From an uncultured Nitrospiraceae bacterium (GTDB taxonomy: Bacteria > Nitrospirota > Nitrospiria > Nitrospirales > Nitrospiraceae): a stretch of DNA of 64,000 bases. The stretch is from positions 512,001-576,000 of the forward strand of contig CAVSTP010000003.1 of NCBI GenBank assembly GCA_963730935.1, given 5' to 3'. The notes beneath the pieces are model-generated. The model was not told the DNA's origin. It ran no database searches and saw only the letters and a program-made list of their open reading frames with translations. This document shows, one piece after another, positions 30,955-40,884 of this stretch (the stretch's first letter is position 1; every line of letters begins with the position of its first letter). A program made the translations under genes and the position numbers.

Positions 30955-33627
30955 ATGGAACTGGAATCCTCCTCCGCCTCCCTTTCACACACGACCAGTA
31001 TCGTCCAGGTGCTTGATGAGCATCGGGCGCTCGTGGCACGCCGCGTGATGGCCGGCGCCTCGGGCGCCGAGACGCTCGCTGCGATGACGGAATTCGTCGA
31101 CGGGTTGATCATCGGGCGGTATCGAGACGCAATGCGACAGGGCGGTGACGAAACGGCGACCGTCGGCATGCAGCAGTGCTGTCTGATGGCCTTGGGCGGC
31201 TATGGGCGGCGTGAGCTGGCGCCACAATCGGATATTGATCTGATGTTTTTGTATCAGGCAGGGTCCGGCAAACCGGTGGAATCGCTCATCCGCGCGGTGC
31301 TGCACCCACTGTGGGATTGCGGATTTCAGGTCGGGCACAGTGTCCGGACCATCGCCGACAGCATCGAGCTGGCGGAAACCGACGCAACCGTGAAGACGTC
31401 CATGATGGAAGCGCGGTTCCTGGCTGGAAGCTCGGACCTCTTTCAGGAGTTTCATCGCAAGTATTGGCGGAAGATTGTGTCCAAGAACAGCGATTTGTAC
31501 CTCGACCAGAAGCTCGAAGAGCGGCGCCGGGAGTATCAGAAATTTGGGGAGACGGTGTATCTGCTGGAGCCGAACGTCAAGAAAAGCAAGGGCGGTCTGC
31601 GGGATCTCCATCTGCTGCAATGGGCGGGCATGGCTCGCTTTCAAGCACCGACCATCCGGGAGCTTTCCGACCGAGGCATCCTTTCGCGGGCGGATTCGCT
31701 GGCGTTGACGGAAGCACGGGAATTCCTGTGGCGCGTGCGTGCGCTTCTCCACGTCCACGCGGGAGCCCCTCAAGAGATCCTCACGTTTGACGAGCAGGTC
31801 TGGCTCGCGCAGCACTTCGGCTATCACGATCAACCGCATTTGCTCGCGGTCGAGCAATTTATGCAGCAGTACTACCAGCACACGATGGGATTGCACGAGC
31901 GCTGCATGCGGTTCGTGGAACGGTGCCGCAGCGTCCCGTTCTGGCAACGCCTGTCCCGCTTTTTGCCAGCTCCTCGAGTCGACGAGTACTTTGTGGTGCG
32001 GGGCAGTTTGCTTTCTGTTGCGGATGAGCATCGCAACAAGGTGCTCGACAGCCCGGCGCTCTTGTTACGGCTGTTCGACCTGGCGCGAGCAAGGAAGTTG
32101 ACGATCGTGCCTCCTTTGATCGAAGACATTCACAGGCACGTCGATCAGGTGCCGGCCGACGCCTACCGCACCGCGGAGGTCAGCAACGGATTTCTGAGAA
32201 TCCTCGCCGGGCCCGGCACGACCGCCACCCTGGAGGCCATGCACCGCGCGCATCTATTGGAGAAGCTCGTGCCGGCGATGGGCACCGTGCGCGGGCTGAT
32301 GCAGTTCAATCAGTACCATAAGTACACCGTGGATGAGCACAGCCTGCTGGCCGTCGGCCGCGCCGAAGCGCTTGGACAGGATGCCGGCGTGCTCGGCGAG
32401 GTCTACCGTGGCATCAAACGCAAGGACATCCTTCACCTGTCGGTCCTGATGCATGATCTGGGCAAAGGGCAGGAGGAGGATCACAGCGACGTCGGAAAGC
32501 GGTTGTCGGAGGAGGTCGCCGTTCGGCTGGGATTCGACGAGCAGGAAACGAGGACGCTTAGCTTTCTCGTGCACCGGCATCTCCTCATGGCGCACACGGC
32601 CTTCCGTCGTGATCCAAACGACGAAAAAGTGGTCCTCCCCTTCGCCCGCGAAGTGGGGACGCCGGAAGTCCTCAAGAAGCTGCTCGCGTTGACGGCAGCC
32701 GACATTGCGGCTGTGGGACCTGGCGTCCTGACGAAATGGAAAGAGTCGTTGTTGATCGAGCTCTACACGAGAACCATGCCGGAAGTGTCGGGCGGTCGTG
32801 ACGAGCAGGGAGCGCCTGAACGATGGTCGAAGGTGGTGGAAGAGGTCTCTCGGAATATGAGCCAGGCCGGCCATGGCGAGAGCGACCACGCATGGATCGA
32901 TGCGCAATTGAAACAATTCCCCGAGCGGTATGTCTACGGCACAGGCGGGGACCGCATTGCAGCCCACTTGACTGCCGTGCGCAGGCTTCACCGCGGCGAC
33001 GTCGTGGTCGAAACGGATTTCGACCGAGAATTGGGCGTCTGCGAGTATTCGGTGATTACGCATGACGATCTGACGCCAGGCATTTTCTCGAAAATCGCCG
33101 GTGTGATGGCGGGCAGCGGGTTGCAGATCCTCGATGCGCAAATTCTCACCCGGGCGGACGGTATTATCGTCGACACCTTTCAGGTGACCGATCCTGATTA
33201 TCAAGGGGAGCCGCCTGTCGAGCGGCGCCAAACCGTCGGCGATCGCATCGCGGCAGTGCTCAAAGGATGGGAGCACGTCGACGACGTACTTCGGCGTGGC
33301 GCCCGGTTGAAGCTCACCAAACCGTTGCCCAAGGCGCCAGAGGCGACTGAGGTGCGCATCGACAACGAGACGTCGGACAGCTGTACGATCATTGATGTCT
33401 TCGCCGACGACCGCCAAGGGTTGCTCCACATCATCACCAACGCGATGTTTCAGCTTGGACTGTCGATTCACGCCGCCAGGATTTCGACTCGCCTGGACCA
33501 AGTGGCTGACGTGTTCTACGTGACCGATCAAGCAGGGGCCAAAGTACAGGACCATGGGCAATTGGAGCGGCTGCGAAGCGGAATCGAACAGGCGATCGAA
33601 AAATTCCTCGAAGTCAAAGCGGCGTGA
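30955..33627 (+). CDS. glnD: [Protein-PII] uridylyltransferase/uridylyl-removing enzyme
   Basis: ALGGYGRRELAPQSDIDL, LEPNVKKSKGGLRD, YHKYTVDEH, HD domain MHDLGKG, two C-terminal ACT domains. Confidence 0.96.
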   Translation: MELESSSASLSHTTSIVQVLDEHRALVARRVMAGASGAETLAAMTEFVDGLIIGRYRDAMRQGGDETATVGMQQCCLMALGGYGRRELAPQSDIDLMFLYQAGSGKPVESLIRAVLHPLWDCGFQVGHSVRTIADSIELAETDATVKTSMMEARFLAGSSDLFQEFHRKYWRKIVSKNSDLYLDQKLEERRREYQKFGETVYLLEPNVKKSKGGLRDLHLLQWAGMARFQAPTIRELSDRGILSRADSLALTEAREFLWRVRALLHVHAGAPQEILTFDEQVWLAQHFGYHDQPHLLAVEQFMQQYYQHTMGLHERCMRFVERCRSVPFWQRLSRFLPAPRVDEYFVVRGSLLSVADEHRNKVLDSPALLLRLFDLARARKLTIVPPLIEDIHRHVDQVPADAYRTAEVSNGFLRILAGPGTTATLEAMHRAHLLEKLVPAMGTVRGLMQFNQYHKYTVDEHSLLAVGRAEALGQDAGVLGEVYRGIKRKDILHLSVLMHDLGKGQEEDHSDVGKRLSEEVAVRLGFDEQETRTLSFLVHRHLLMAHTAFRRDPNDEKVVLPFAREVGTPEVLKKLLALTAADIAAVGPGVLTKWKESLLIELYTRTMPEVSGGRDEQGAPERWSKVVEEVSRNMSQAGHGESDHAWIDAQLKQFPERYVYGTGGDRIAAHLTAVRRLHRGDVVVETDFDRELGVCEYSVITHDDLTPGIFSKIAGVMAGSGLQILDAQILTRADGIIVDTFQVTDPDYQGEPPVERRQTVGDRIAAVLKGWEHVDDVLRRGARLKLTKPLPKAPEATEVRIDNETSDSCTIIDVFADDRQGLLHIITNAMFQLGLSIHAARISTRLDQVADVFYVTDQAGAKVQDHGQLERLRSGIEQAIEKFLEVKAA

Positions 33628-33665
33628 GGCCGGTGGGTTCCCAGGATTTCTGAAAGGAGGAGGGG

Positions 33666-35075
33666 ATGAATGTTCGTGAGGCGTTAGAGTTTGCAAAAAA
33701 GAACAGGGTGCAGGTCGTGGACCTGAAGTTCGTCGATCTGATCGGGACGTGGCAACATTTCACGATTCCGGCCAACGAATTGACGGAAGACCTGTTCAAG
33801 GATGGTTCCGGGTTGGACGGTTCGTCCATCCGCGGATGGAAAGCGATCAATAACAGTGACATGCTCGTTGTGCCTGACCCCGCCACGGCCTGCTTGGACC
33901 CCTTTACGTTGGTGCCGACGCTCAGCCTGATCGGCAATGTGGTCGATCCGATCTCGCGCGAGACCTATGAGCGCGATCCGCGCTACATCGCGCAGAAGGC
34001 GGAAAAATATCTCCAGAGCACCAAGATCGGGGACACATCGTACTGGGGGCCCGAAGCCGAATTCTTCATTTTTGATCACGCGCGGTACGACCAGACGAGC
34101 CATAGCGGCTATTACCACATCGATTCAGATGAAGGCGTGTGGAACATGGGCCAGGACGGCGTCAACCTGGGCGGAAAGATCCGCCACAAGGAAGGCTACT
34201 TCCCGGTGCCGCCGACCGATACGCAACAGGACATCCGCAGCGAGATGATCCTGGAGATGGAGAAGGTGGGCATCGCCGTGGAGAAACATCACCATGAAGT
34301 GGCCACCGCTGGCCAAGCGGAGATCGACATCCGGTTCGACTCACTGGTGCGCACGGCCGACAAAATGATGATGTACAAGTACATCGTCAAGAACGTCGCG
34401 CGCCGGCACGGCAAGACCGTCACCTTCATGCCGAAGCCGATCTTCGGCGACAACGGCAGCGGCATGCACACGCACCAGAGCATCTGGAAAGAGGGGAAGC
34501 CGCTCTTTGCCGGGAAGGAATACGCGGGGGTTTCGCAGATGTGTCTGCACTACATTGGCGGCATCCTCAAGCATGCGCCTGCATTGGCGGCAATCACCAA
34601 CCCCACGACAAACTCCTACAAGCGGCTCACGCCGGGATTCGAAGCGCCTGTGTTGCTGGCCTATTCCAGCAGGAACCGATCCGCCGGCATCCGGATTCCG
34701 ATGTATTCCCCGAGTCCCAAGGCGAAGCGGATCGAAGTCCGGTTCCCCGATCCTGGCGCCAATCCGTACCTGGCCTTCTCCGCCATGCTGATGGCCGGCC
34801 TGGACGGCATCGAGAACAAAATCAATCCGGGCGAACCGGCCGAGAAGGACCTGTACGATTTGGAGGCCAAGGAAGCGGCCAAAATCCGGACCATGCCTGG
34901 CAGCCTCGATGAAGCGCTCAGCAATCTGGAGAAGGATCACAAATTCCTCCTGAAAGGCGGCGTATTTACAGAGGATTTGATTGAGTCGTGGATCGGCTAC
35001 AAGCGGAGCAAGGAAGTTGATCCCATGCGGCTCCGGCCGCATCCCTACGAGTTTTTCCTGTACTACGACATCTAG
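33666..35075 (+). CDS. glnA: Glutamine synthetase type I
   Basis: [43 protein letters not shown], adenylylation-site DLYDL. Confidence 0.98.
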   Translation: MNVREALEFAKKNRVQVVDLKFVDLIGTWQHFTIPANELTEDLFKDGSGLDGSSIRGWKAINNSDMLVVPDPATACLDPFTLVPTLSLIGNVVDPISRETYERDPRYIAQKAEKYLQSTKIGDTSYWGPEAEFFIFDHARYDQTSHSGYYHIDSDEGVWNMGQDGVNLGGKIRHKEGYFPVPPTDTQQDIRSEMILEMEKVGIAVEKHHHEVATAGQAEIDIRFDSLVRTADKMMMYKYIVKNVARRHGKTVTFMPKPIFGDNGSGMHTHQSIWKEGKPLFAGKEYAGVSQMCLHYIGGILKHAPALAAITNPTTNSYKRLTPGFEAPVLLAYSSRNRSAGIRIPMYSPSPKAKRIEVRFPDPGANPYLAFSAMLMAGLDGIENKINPGEPAEKDLYDLEAKEAAKIRTMPGSLDEALSNLEKDHKFLLKGGVFTEDLIESWIGYKRSKEVDPMRLRPHPYEFFLYYDI

Positions 35076-35088
35076 TCACTCGGGACTG

Positions 35089-35118
35089 TTGACGAGCGGG
35101 GAAGATGCATGCTACAAG
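35089..35118 (+). promoter_or_regulatory. Putative sigma70 promoter of the cyanate/amt/OCC block
   Basis: TTGACG (35089-35094), 18 nt spacer, TGc-TACAAG (35113-35118). Confidence 0.55.
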
Positions 35119-35132
35119 ATCTTTCAAGCTGA

Positions 35133-35313
35133 GCCAGGCAACGGCGCCTGGTTGAGCGTTCACGAGGTAACGGACAAAGGCGTCCGTCATTCTGCAAGGA
35201 ATGGCGGACGCCTTTCTAGTTTTTCGACATAGACGGCGCGGGTCGCTGCAGATCCGCAAGCACAGGGACAAAGGCGTCCTTCTCTCGACCGGGAGAAGGA
35301 CGCCTTTGTGTTT
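35133..35313 (+). promoter_or_regulatory. Tandem ANTAR-type leaders with two terminators (sites 3a and 3b)
   Basis: GCCAGGC-AACGGC-GCCTGGT (35133-35152), ACGGAC-AAAGGC-GTCCGT (35170-35187), terminator 35176-35224; degenerate CGAC-ATAGAC-GGCG (35225-35238), AGGGAC-AAAGGC-GTCCTT (35264-35281), terminator 35268-35313. Confidence 0.82.
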
Positions 35314-35351
35314 CGAACCCGGGGGATGTGGCTCAGGGAAAGGGGCGCATC

Positions 35352-36644
35352 ATGAGCGATCAAAATTCGGAAGGGTCAAATTCTTCCGAGCGGCACTTGG
35401 AGCGGACCCTCGATCAGGCCGTGACTGCCGCCGTGCTGCAGGCAGCCGGACCAACGCGGCGCCAATTGCTGATCGGTCTGGGAGCGGCGACGCTCAGCGC
35501 CATGATCGCAGAGATGTTTCCCTTGGCTCGACTGAAGGCATTTGCGGCGGATCCAGTGGGCAAGCCGGAGAAGAAGGATGTCAGTATCGCATTCATCCCC
35601 ATTACATGTGGAACGCCGATCATCATGGCCGAGCCGCTAGGGTTCTATAAGAAGCACGGGTTGAACGCATCCGTGAAGCGAGCGGCGGGCTGGGCCATGA
35701 TCCGCGACTGGGCGGTGAACAAGGAAGTCGATGCGGCCCATATGCTCACACCCATGCCTCTGGCGATTACGTTGGGCGCCGGCTCTCAGCCGACGCCGAT
35801 CTACATGCCGGCCGTCGAGAACATCAACGGGCAGGCCATCACGCTGCACATCAAACACAAGGACGTGAAGACTGCGGCCGATATGAAGGGTTTTCGCTTC
35901 TGTGTTCCGTTTGATTTTTCGATGCATAACTATCTGCTGCGGTATTTTCTCGCGGACGGGGGAGTGCATCCGGATAAGGATGTTCAGATCCGGGTGGTTC
36001 CCCCGGCGGAGATGGTCGCAAATCTCAAAGCCGGCAATGTGGACGGCTATCTGGGCCCCGACCCATTCAATCAGCGCGCCGTGTATGAGAATGCCGGGTT
36101 CATCTTCAAACTGTCCAAAGACATCTGGGACCGGCATCCCTGCTGCGCATTCACGGTCACGAAGGAATTCGCGACGACCTATCCCAATACGTTCCTTGCC
36201 ATGTGGCGCGCCATCGTGGACGCGACGCACTACGCGTCGGATCCAGCGCATCGTAAAGAAATCGCCGCAGCGATCGCGCCGACCAACTATTTAAATCAAC
36301 CAGTGACTGTGCTGGAGCAGGTTCTCACCGGCACATATGCCGATGGGCTGGGCAACATCCGGAAGGAACCGAACCGCATCGATTTCGATCCGTATCCCTG
36401 GCATTCGATGGCCATCTGGATTCTCACGCAGATGAAGCGCTGGGGGCATCTGAAGGGAGATGTCAATTACAAGACCGTGGCCGAGCAAGTCTACCGGGCG
36501 GCGGATTGCGACCGCATTGCCAAGGAGCTGGGCTATGCCACGCATCAATCGACGACGGCCAGGCACGTCATTATGGGGAAGGAATTTGACTCCAACAACG
36601 CCGACGCCTATGCGAAGAGTTTCAAAATTCACAGCATGGCCTGA
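35352..36644 (+). CDS. cynA: CynA/NrtA/CmpA-family ABC substrate-binding protein (probably cyanate and/or nitrite)
   Basis: Tat-like TRRQLL; FIPITCGTPIIMA, ENINGQAITL, VPFDFSMHNYLLRY, PDPFNQRAV, HPCCAF; upstream of cynS. Confidence 0.82.
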   Translation: MSDQNSEGSNSSERHLERTLDQAVTAAVLQAAGPTRRQLLIGLGAATLSAMIAEMFPLARLKAFAADPVGKPEKKDVSIAFIPITCGTPIIMAEPLGFYKKHGLNASVKRAAGWAMIRDWAVNKEVDAAHMLTPMPLAITLGAGSQPTPIYMPAVENINGQAITLHIKHKDVKTAADMKGFRFCVPFDFSMHNYLLRYFLADGGVHPDKDVQIRVVPPAEMVANLKAGNVDGYLGPDPFNQRAVYENAGFIFKLSKDIWDRHPCCAFTVTKEFATTYPNTFLAMWRAIVDATHYASDPAHRKEIAAAIAPTNYLNQPVTVLEQVLTGTYADGLGNIRKEPNRIDFDPYPWHSMAIWILTQMKRWGHLKGDVNYKTVAEQVYRAADCDRIAKELGYATHQSTTARHVIMGKEFDSNNADAYAKSFKIHSMA

Positions 36645-36653
36645 GGAGAAGCG

Positions 36654-37709
36654 ATGGAATCGATGAACCGTACGATGGTGCCAGAAGTCCCGACAGTCCC
36701 CGCCGAAGGTTCGATGAGGCTTCATTTCCAGCGGCTCCTGAAGGACTGGCCTTCATCCGCCTGGCAATGGGCGACGGGATGGCGAAGGACCCGGGAGACT
36801 CAGGCGGGGCGAGGAGGAGTCATGGCCGCTCGGTCGCAAGGTAACCCGTGGTACATCGCGGGATTTGTGCTCGTCGTGTTCCTGTTGAGCTGGCATTTCT
36901 TTACGCTTCGCTCGAGCTTCGATCAACGGGGGTTGAGCGAAGAACAGCTGCAGATGATGGAGTTCAACGGCGACATCGTGCGAGCAGCGGATGGAAGCTA
37001 CGCCTGGAATCCGGAAAAGGAGAAAGTCAAAGGCATCCCGGGTCCGCTGGCGGTGCTCGAGAAGGCCCGCGAAGAGCTGTCAGAGGCGTTTGTGAAAAAG
37101 GGCACCAACGATCATGGCATCGCCTATCTGGTGCTCTACACCGTCTCGCGGTTTGCCGGCGGGTTCCTTGCGGCCTCCGTCATCGCGATCATGGTGGGCG
37201 TCATTCTCGGGCTGAACAAAGTGCTCTTTCGTGCCGCGAATCCGTTTATCCAGATCATGAAGCCGATTTCTCCGCTGGCATGGATGCCCCTGTTGCTCTA
37301 TACCGTGAAAGATCCAAAGTGGACGGCGGTCCTTGTCGTGTTCATGGCGGCCGTGTGGCCGACTCTGGCCACGACGGCTTTCGGGGTCAGTTCCTTGAGG
37401 AAGGAGTATTTGCACGTCGCCGCGATCGTGCAGCTCTCATGGTTTCAGCGGCTCTTCAAGGTCATTCTCCCGGGAGCGGCGCCTACGATCGTCAATGGAC
37501 TGCGCATCTCCTTCGGAAGCGCGCTGGTCGCGGTGGTGCCTGCAGAGATGCTGCTCGGAGAACTGGGGGTGGGCTATTTGAGCTGGATCGAATGGAACAA
37601 CCTCGACATCGCCGGCGTCATTTTCGCGATCCTTGTCGTCGGGGTCGTCGGCGTGATTCTCGATGCGGGATTCAACAAACTGGCCGGCCTTGTCACCTAT
37701 CAGGAGTAA
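36654..37709 (+). CDS. cynB: CynB/NrtB-family ABC permease
   Basis: QIMKPISPLAWMPL, ILPGAAPTIVNGLRISFG, VPAEML. Confidence 0.82.
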   Translation: MESMNRTMVPEVPTVPAEGSMRLHFQRLLKDWPSSAWQWATGWRRTRETQAGRGGVMAARSQGNPWYIAGFVLVVFLLSWHFFTLRSSFDQRGLSEEQLQMMEFNGDIVRAADGSYAWNPEKEKVKGIPGPLAVLEKAREELSEAFVKKGTNDHGIAYLVLYTVSRFAGGFLAASVIAIMVGVILGLNKVLFRAANPFIQIMKPISPLAWMPLLLYTVKDPKWTAVLVVFMAAVWPTLATTAFGVSSLRKEYLHVAAIVQLSWFQRLFKVILPGAAPTIVNGLRISFGSALVAVVPAEMLLGELGVGYLSWIEWNNLDIAGVIFAILVVGVVGVILDAGFNKLAGLVTYQE

Positions 37710-37712
37710 CCC

Positions 37713-38573
37713 ATGTCCTTTCTCCAAATCGATCATGTCACGAAGTATTTTCCGAACCCGTCGGGTCCCGGCCAGGTGTGCATCTTCAAGGATGCCACCA
37801 TCAAGATCGAAAAAGGGGAGTTCGTGACCTGCATCGGCCATTCTGGCTGTGGAAAGAGCACGTTGCTCAACATCATTGCCGGGCTGGAAACGCCCAGTGA
37901 GGGCGGCATCATCCTCAACGGCCGTGAAGCCAGCGGGCCGGGGTTGGACCGGATGGTGGTGTTCCAGAACTTCGCGCTGATGCCCTGGATGACGGTATTT
38001 CAAAACATTGCGCTGGCCGTGCGTTCTGCCTATCCCGACTGGAGTCATGAACAAGTCACGGCCCATGTCAACAAATACATCGCGCTCGTCGGGCTCAAGG
38101 GAGCGGAGGACAAGCGGCCTACGGCCTTGTCGGGTGGCATGAAACAACGCGTCGGCCTCGCCCGGGCGTTTTCCATCGAGCCCAAGGTCCTCCTGCTGGA
38201 CGAGCCATTCGCGCAAATCGACGCCTTGACCCGAGGCGTCATTCAAGAGGAATTGATTCAAATGTGGAACACCTCGAGAAATACGGTGTTCATGGTGACG
38301 CACGACGTCGATGAGGCCATTCTGTTGTCCGACCGTATTCTCCTCATGACCAATGGCCCGGAAGCGCGAATCGCCGAGGTGGTGCACGTGTCGATTGCGC
38401 GGCCGCGGTCACGGGAAACGATCATCGAGCATCCGCATTACTATAAGATCAGGAACCATATCATCCACTTCCTCGTTCGCCACGCCAAACATGAGACAGC
38501 GACATCGGGTCCATCCACGAATGGGACGCCTGTCATCGTCAATTTTGAGGAGGGATCGGTTGTGACGCATTAG
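37713..38573 (+). CDS. cynD: CynD/NrtD-family ABC ATPase
   Basis: GHSGCGKST, GPGLDRMVVFQN, LSGGMKQRV, THDVDEA. Confidence 0.85.
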   Translation: MSFLQIDHVTKYFPNPSGPGQVCIFKDATIKIEKGEFVTCIGHSGCGKSTLLNIIAGLETPSEGGIILNGREASGPGLDRMVVFQNFALMPWMTVFQNIALAVRSAYPDWSHEQVTAHVNKYIALVGLKGAEDKRPTALSGGMKQRVGLARAFSIEPKVLLLDEPFAQIDALTRGVIQEELIQMWNTSRNTVFMVTHDVDEAILLSDRILLMTNGPEARIAEVVHVSIARPRSRETIIEHPHYYKIRNHIIHFLVRHAKHETATSGPSTNGTPVIVNFEEGSVVTH

Positions 38574-38679
38574 GCGTCGCGGCGAACGAAATACCTCAGC
38601 AGGGCCGGCACAGCCAGACGGACATCGGATGCAAGAGGCAACAATCGTCAATCACCGTTTCCACCAATGAGGGGGACCT

Positions 38680-39120
38680 ATGGATAAAGAAAAGGTGCGG
38701 ACCATTGTGAAAGAAAAGCGTCAGAAAAAGAATGTCACCATCGCCGAGGTCGCTAAAACCGTCGGCAAGAATCCGACCTTCGTGGCTGCCGCGCTGAATG
38801 GGAACCATCGCTTTACGACCGATGAAGCCAAGAAGGTCGGAGCGTTGCTGGAGCTGGACGGGGAAACGACGGCCGCTCTGAGCAAGTTTCCGGTTCGCAC
38901 CGATTTTCCGAATGCGGCGGATCCGTTCAAATATCGGTTGTTGGAAATTATCGGAGTCTACGGCGATTCGTTGCGCGATCAGGCCAATGAAATGTTCGGC
39001 GACGGCATCATGAGCGCGATCGATTTCACGCTGGACATGGAGAAAGTGACGGGGAGCCAAGGGGAAGCGCGCTGTAAGATCACCTTGAACGGGAAGTGGC
39101 TGGAGTACAAGACCTTTTGA
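38680..39120 (+). CDS. cynS: Cyanate hydratase (cyanase)
   Basis: N-terminal HTH-like domain; DPFKYRLLEI, EMFGDGIMSAIDF, ITLNGKWLEY. Confidence 0.95.
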   Translation: MDKEKVRTIVKEKRQKKNVTIAEVAKTVGKNPTFVAAALNGNHRFTTDEAKKVGALLELDGETTAALSKFPVRTDFPNAADPFKYRLLEIIGVYGDSLRDQANEMFGDGIMSAIDFTLDMEKVTGSQGEARCKITLNGKWLEYKTF

Positions 39121-39180
39121 GTCTTACTGGGAGGGGCTGAAGCCTCCATCGAAACGAGTTCATCGGTTGCGGAGCGGCTG

Positions 39181-39269
39181 AGACAGTGTCGTCTTTAGCC
39201 GGTCCGGGGCAAATGTGAACGGACAAAGGCGTCCGTCATTCGAAGAGAATGGCGGACGCCTTTGTGTTT
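39181..39269 (+). promoter_or_regulatory. ANTAR-type twin-hairpin leader plus terminator (site 4)
   Basis: AGAC-AGTGTC-GTCT (39181-39194), ACGGAC-AAAGGC-GTCCGT (39219-39236); terminator stem 39223-39241/39247-39265 followed by gttt. Confidence 0.8.
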
Positions 39270-39303
39270 GCGGCGATCACCGGAGCAGGAGGGTGGGAAG
39301 CTT

Positions 39304-40626
39304 ATGCAGAGACAGTTCGGGAACGACGCATGGATGACCGCCCTTGTCCTTTGTGCAGGGGTGATGGCGCCGGAGACCGCTTCCGCGGAAACGATTGCCG
39401 CGGCTACCGTAAGCGGGGCGGACACGGCCTGGGTGTTAGTTTCTGCCGCCCTCGTGCTGGCGATGACCGTCCCGGGATTGGCTCTGTTCTATGGCGGGCT
39501 GGTGCGGAGCAAGAACGTGCTCGGCACGATCATGCACAGCTTTGTGATTCTCTGCCTCATCAGCCTCTTCTGGGTGTTGCTCGGCTATAGCCTGGCGTTT
39601 GGACCGGACGTCAAAGGCGTGATCGGCAGCCTGGCCTGGGTCGGCTTGAGCGGCGTCGGCTTATCGCCCCATGCGGTCTATGGCCCGACGATTCCGCATC
39701 AAGCCTTCATGGTGTTTCAGTTGATGTTCGCCGCGATCACGCCCGCCCTCATTACCGGCGCGTTCGCAGAGCGGATGAAGTTTGGTGCGCTGATCCTGTT
39801 TGCACTGCTCTGGTCGCTCCTCATCTATTGTCCCATTGCGCACTGGATCTGGGGCGGTGGATGGCTGGCTGGACTTGGCGCGTTGGATTTTGCCGGCGGC
39901 GCAGTCGTGCACATTAGTTCGGGCATCAGCGCCTTGGTCTGCGCCCTGGTGCTGGGAAGGCGTCAGGGCTACGGCACGGACTATATGGCTCCGCACAATC
40001 TGCCGATGGTGCTGTTGGGAACAGGCCTCCTCTGGGTCGGATGGTTCGGCTTCAATGCGGGCAGCGCGCTCGGCGCCAATGAAACGGCAGTTGTGGCGTT
40101 CGTCGCCACCCACACCGCGGCGGTCACGGCTGCCTTGACCTGGATGACCGTGGAGTGGTGGCACCGCGGAACGCCGACGGTGCTTGGAATTGCGAGCGGT
40201 GCCGTGGCGGGACTGGCCATGGTCACGCCAGGCGCCGGATTCGTGACCCCCTTCTCGGCGCTTTTCATGGGAATGGCTGCTGGAGGGTTGTCGTATGTCG
40301 CCATCATGAAGAAGGGGGGGCTCGGCTATGACGATTCGCTGGATGTGGTCGGGATCCACGGCGTAGCGGGAGTCGGCGGCATTCTAATGACGGGTCTCTT
40401 CGCCTCGAAAGCGGTCAATGCCGCAGGCGCTGATGGTCTCTTGCAAGGAAATGGCGCTTTTTTTGCGGTGCAGGCGCTGACAGTCGTTGTCGTTGGACTG
40501 TTCTCTGCCGGAGGCACATGGGTGATCCTCAAAGTCGTGGATCGGGCTGTCGGGTTGCGCGTGACGCCGGAGGAGGAGCGCATGGGTCTGGATCTGAGTC
40601 AGCATAACGAGCGTGCCTATTCATAA
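39304..40626 (+). CDS. amtB: Ammonium transporter Amt (copy 2)
   Basis: FQLMFAAITPALI, DFAGGAVVHISSG, WFGFNAGS, DDSLDVVGIHGVAG. Confidence 0.96.
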   Translation: MQRQFGNDAWMTALVLCAGVMAPETASAETIAAATVSGADTAWVLVSAALVLAMTVPGLALFYGGLVRSKNVLGTIMHSFVILCLISLFWVLLGYSLAFGPDVKGVIGSLAWVGLSGVGLSPHAVYGPTIPHQAFMVFQLMFAAITPALITGAFAERMKFGALILFALLWSLLIYCPIAHWIWGGGWLAGLGALDFAGGAVVHISSGISALVCALVLGRRQGYGTDYMAPHNLPMVLLGTGLLWVGWFGFNAGSALGANETAVVAFVATHTAAVTAALTWMTVEWWHRGTPTVLGIASGAVAGLAMVTPGAGFVTPFSALFMGMAAGGLSYVAIMKKGGLGYDDSLDVVGIHGVAGVGGILMTGLFASKAVNAAGADGLLQGNGAFFAVQALTVVVVGLFSAGGTWVILKVVDRAVGLRVTPEEERMGLDLSQHNERAYS

Positions 40627-40653
40627 ACAGTCTCAGATGAAAGGAGGCGTAGC

Positions 40654-40884
40654 ATGATCATGTCTGAAGAACGGTCATGTGAAGGAACGACATGTGAAAG
40701 GCGGCTTTTGGAAATTCTGCGTCAACAAGGACCGCAGACGCTCGACACTTTGTGCGAACTGCCGGAATTCACGTGGGCGCAGGTACTGCTGGCCGTCGAT
40801 CACCTGAGCCGCTCCAGGGATATCTTGCTGGAGCTGGTCGGACCGCGAGAGTACCAAGTCTCGTTGGCGGAAAGGCGAGCGTGA
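40654..40884 (+). CDS. Small winged-helix-like hypothetical protein
   Basis: Strong RBS aaggagg; LLEILRQQGPQTLDTL..FTWAQVLLAVDHLSRSRDI pattern; stop overlaps the next GTG. Confidence 0.65.
   Translation: MIMSEERSCEGTTCERRLLEILRQQGPQTLDTLCELPEFTWAQVLLAVDHLSRSRDILLELVGPREYQVSLAERRA

Noticed and set aside
32254..33696. Long antisense ORFs (e.g. 480 aa opposite glnD, 395 aa opposite urtA, 349 aa opposite groEL)
   Set aside because: Shadow ORFs expected from high-GC codon bias opposite well-supported genes; no recognisable motifs
39085..39111. Internal promoter in the cynS 3' end (ttgaac...tacaag)
   Set aside because: 15-nt spacer is too short for sigma70 and the sequence is explained by coding constraints
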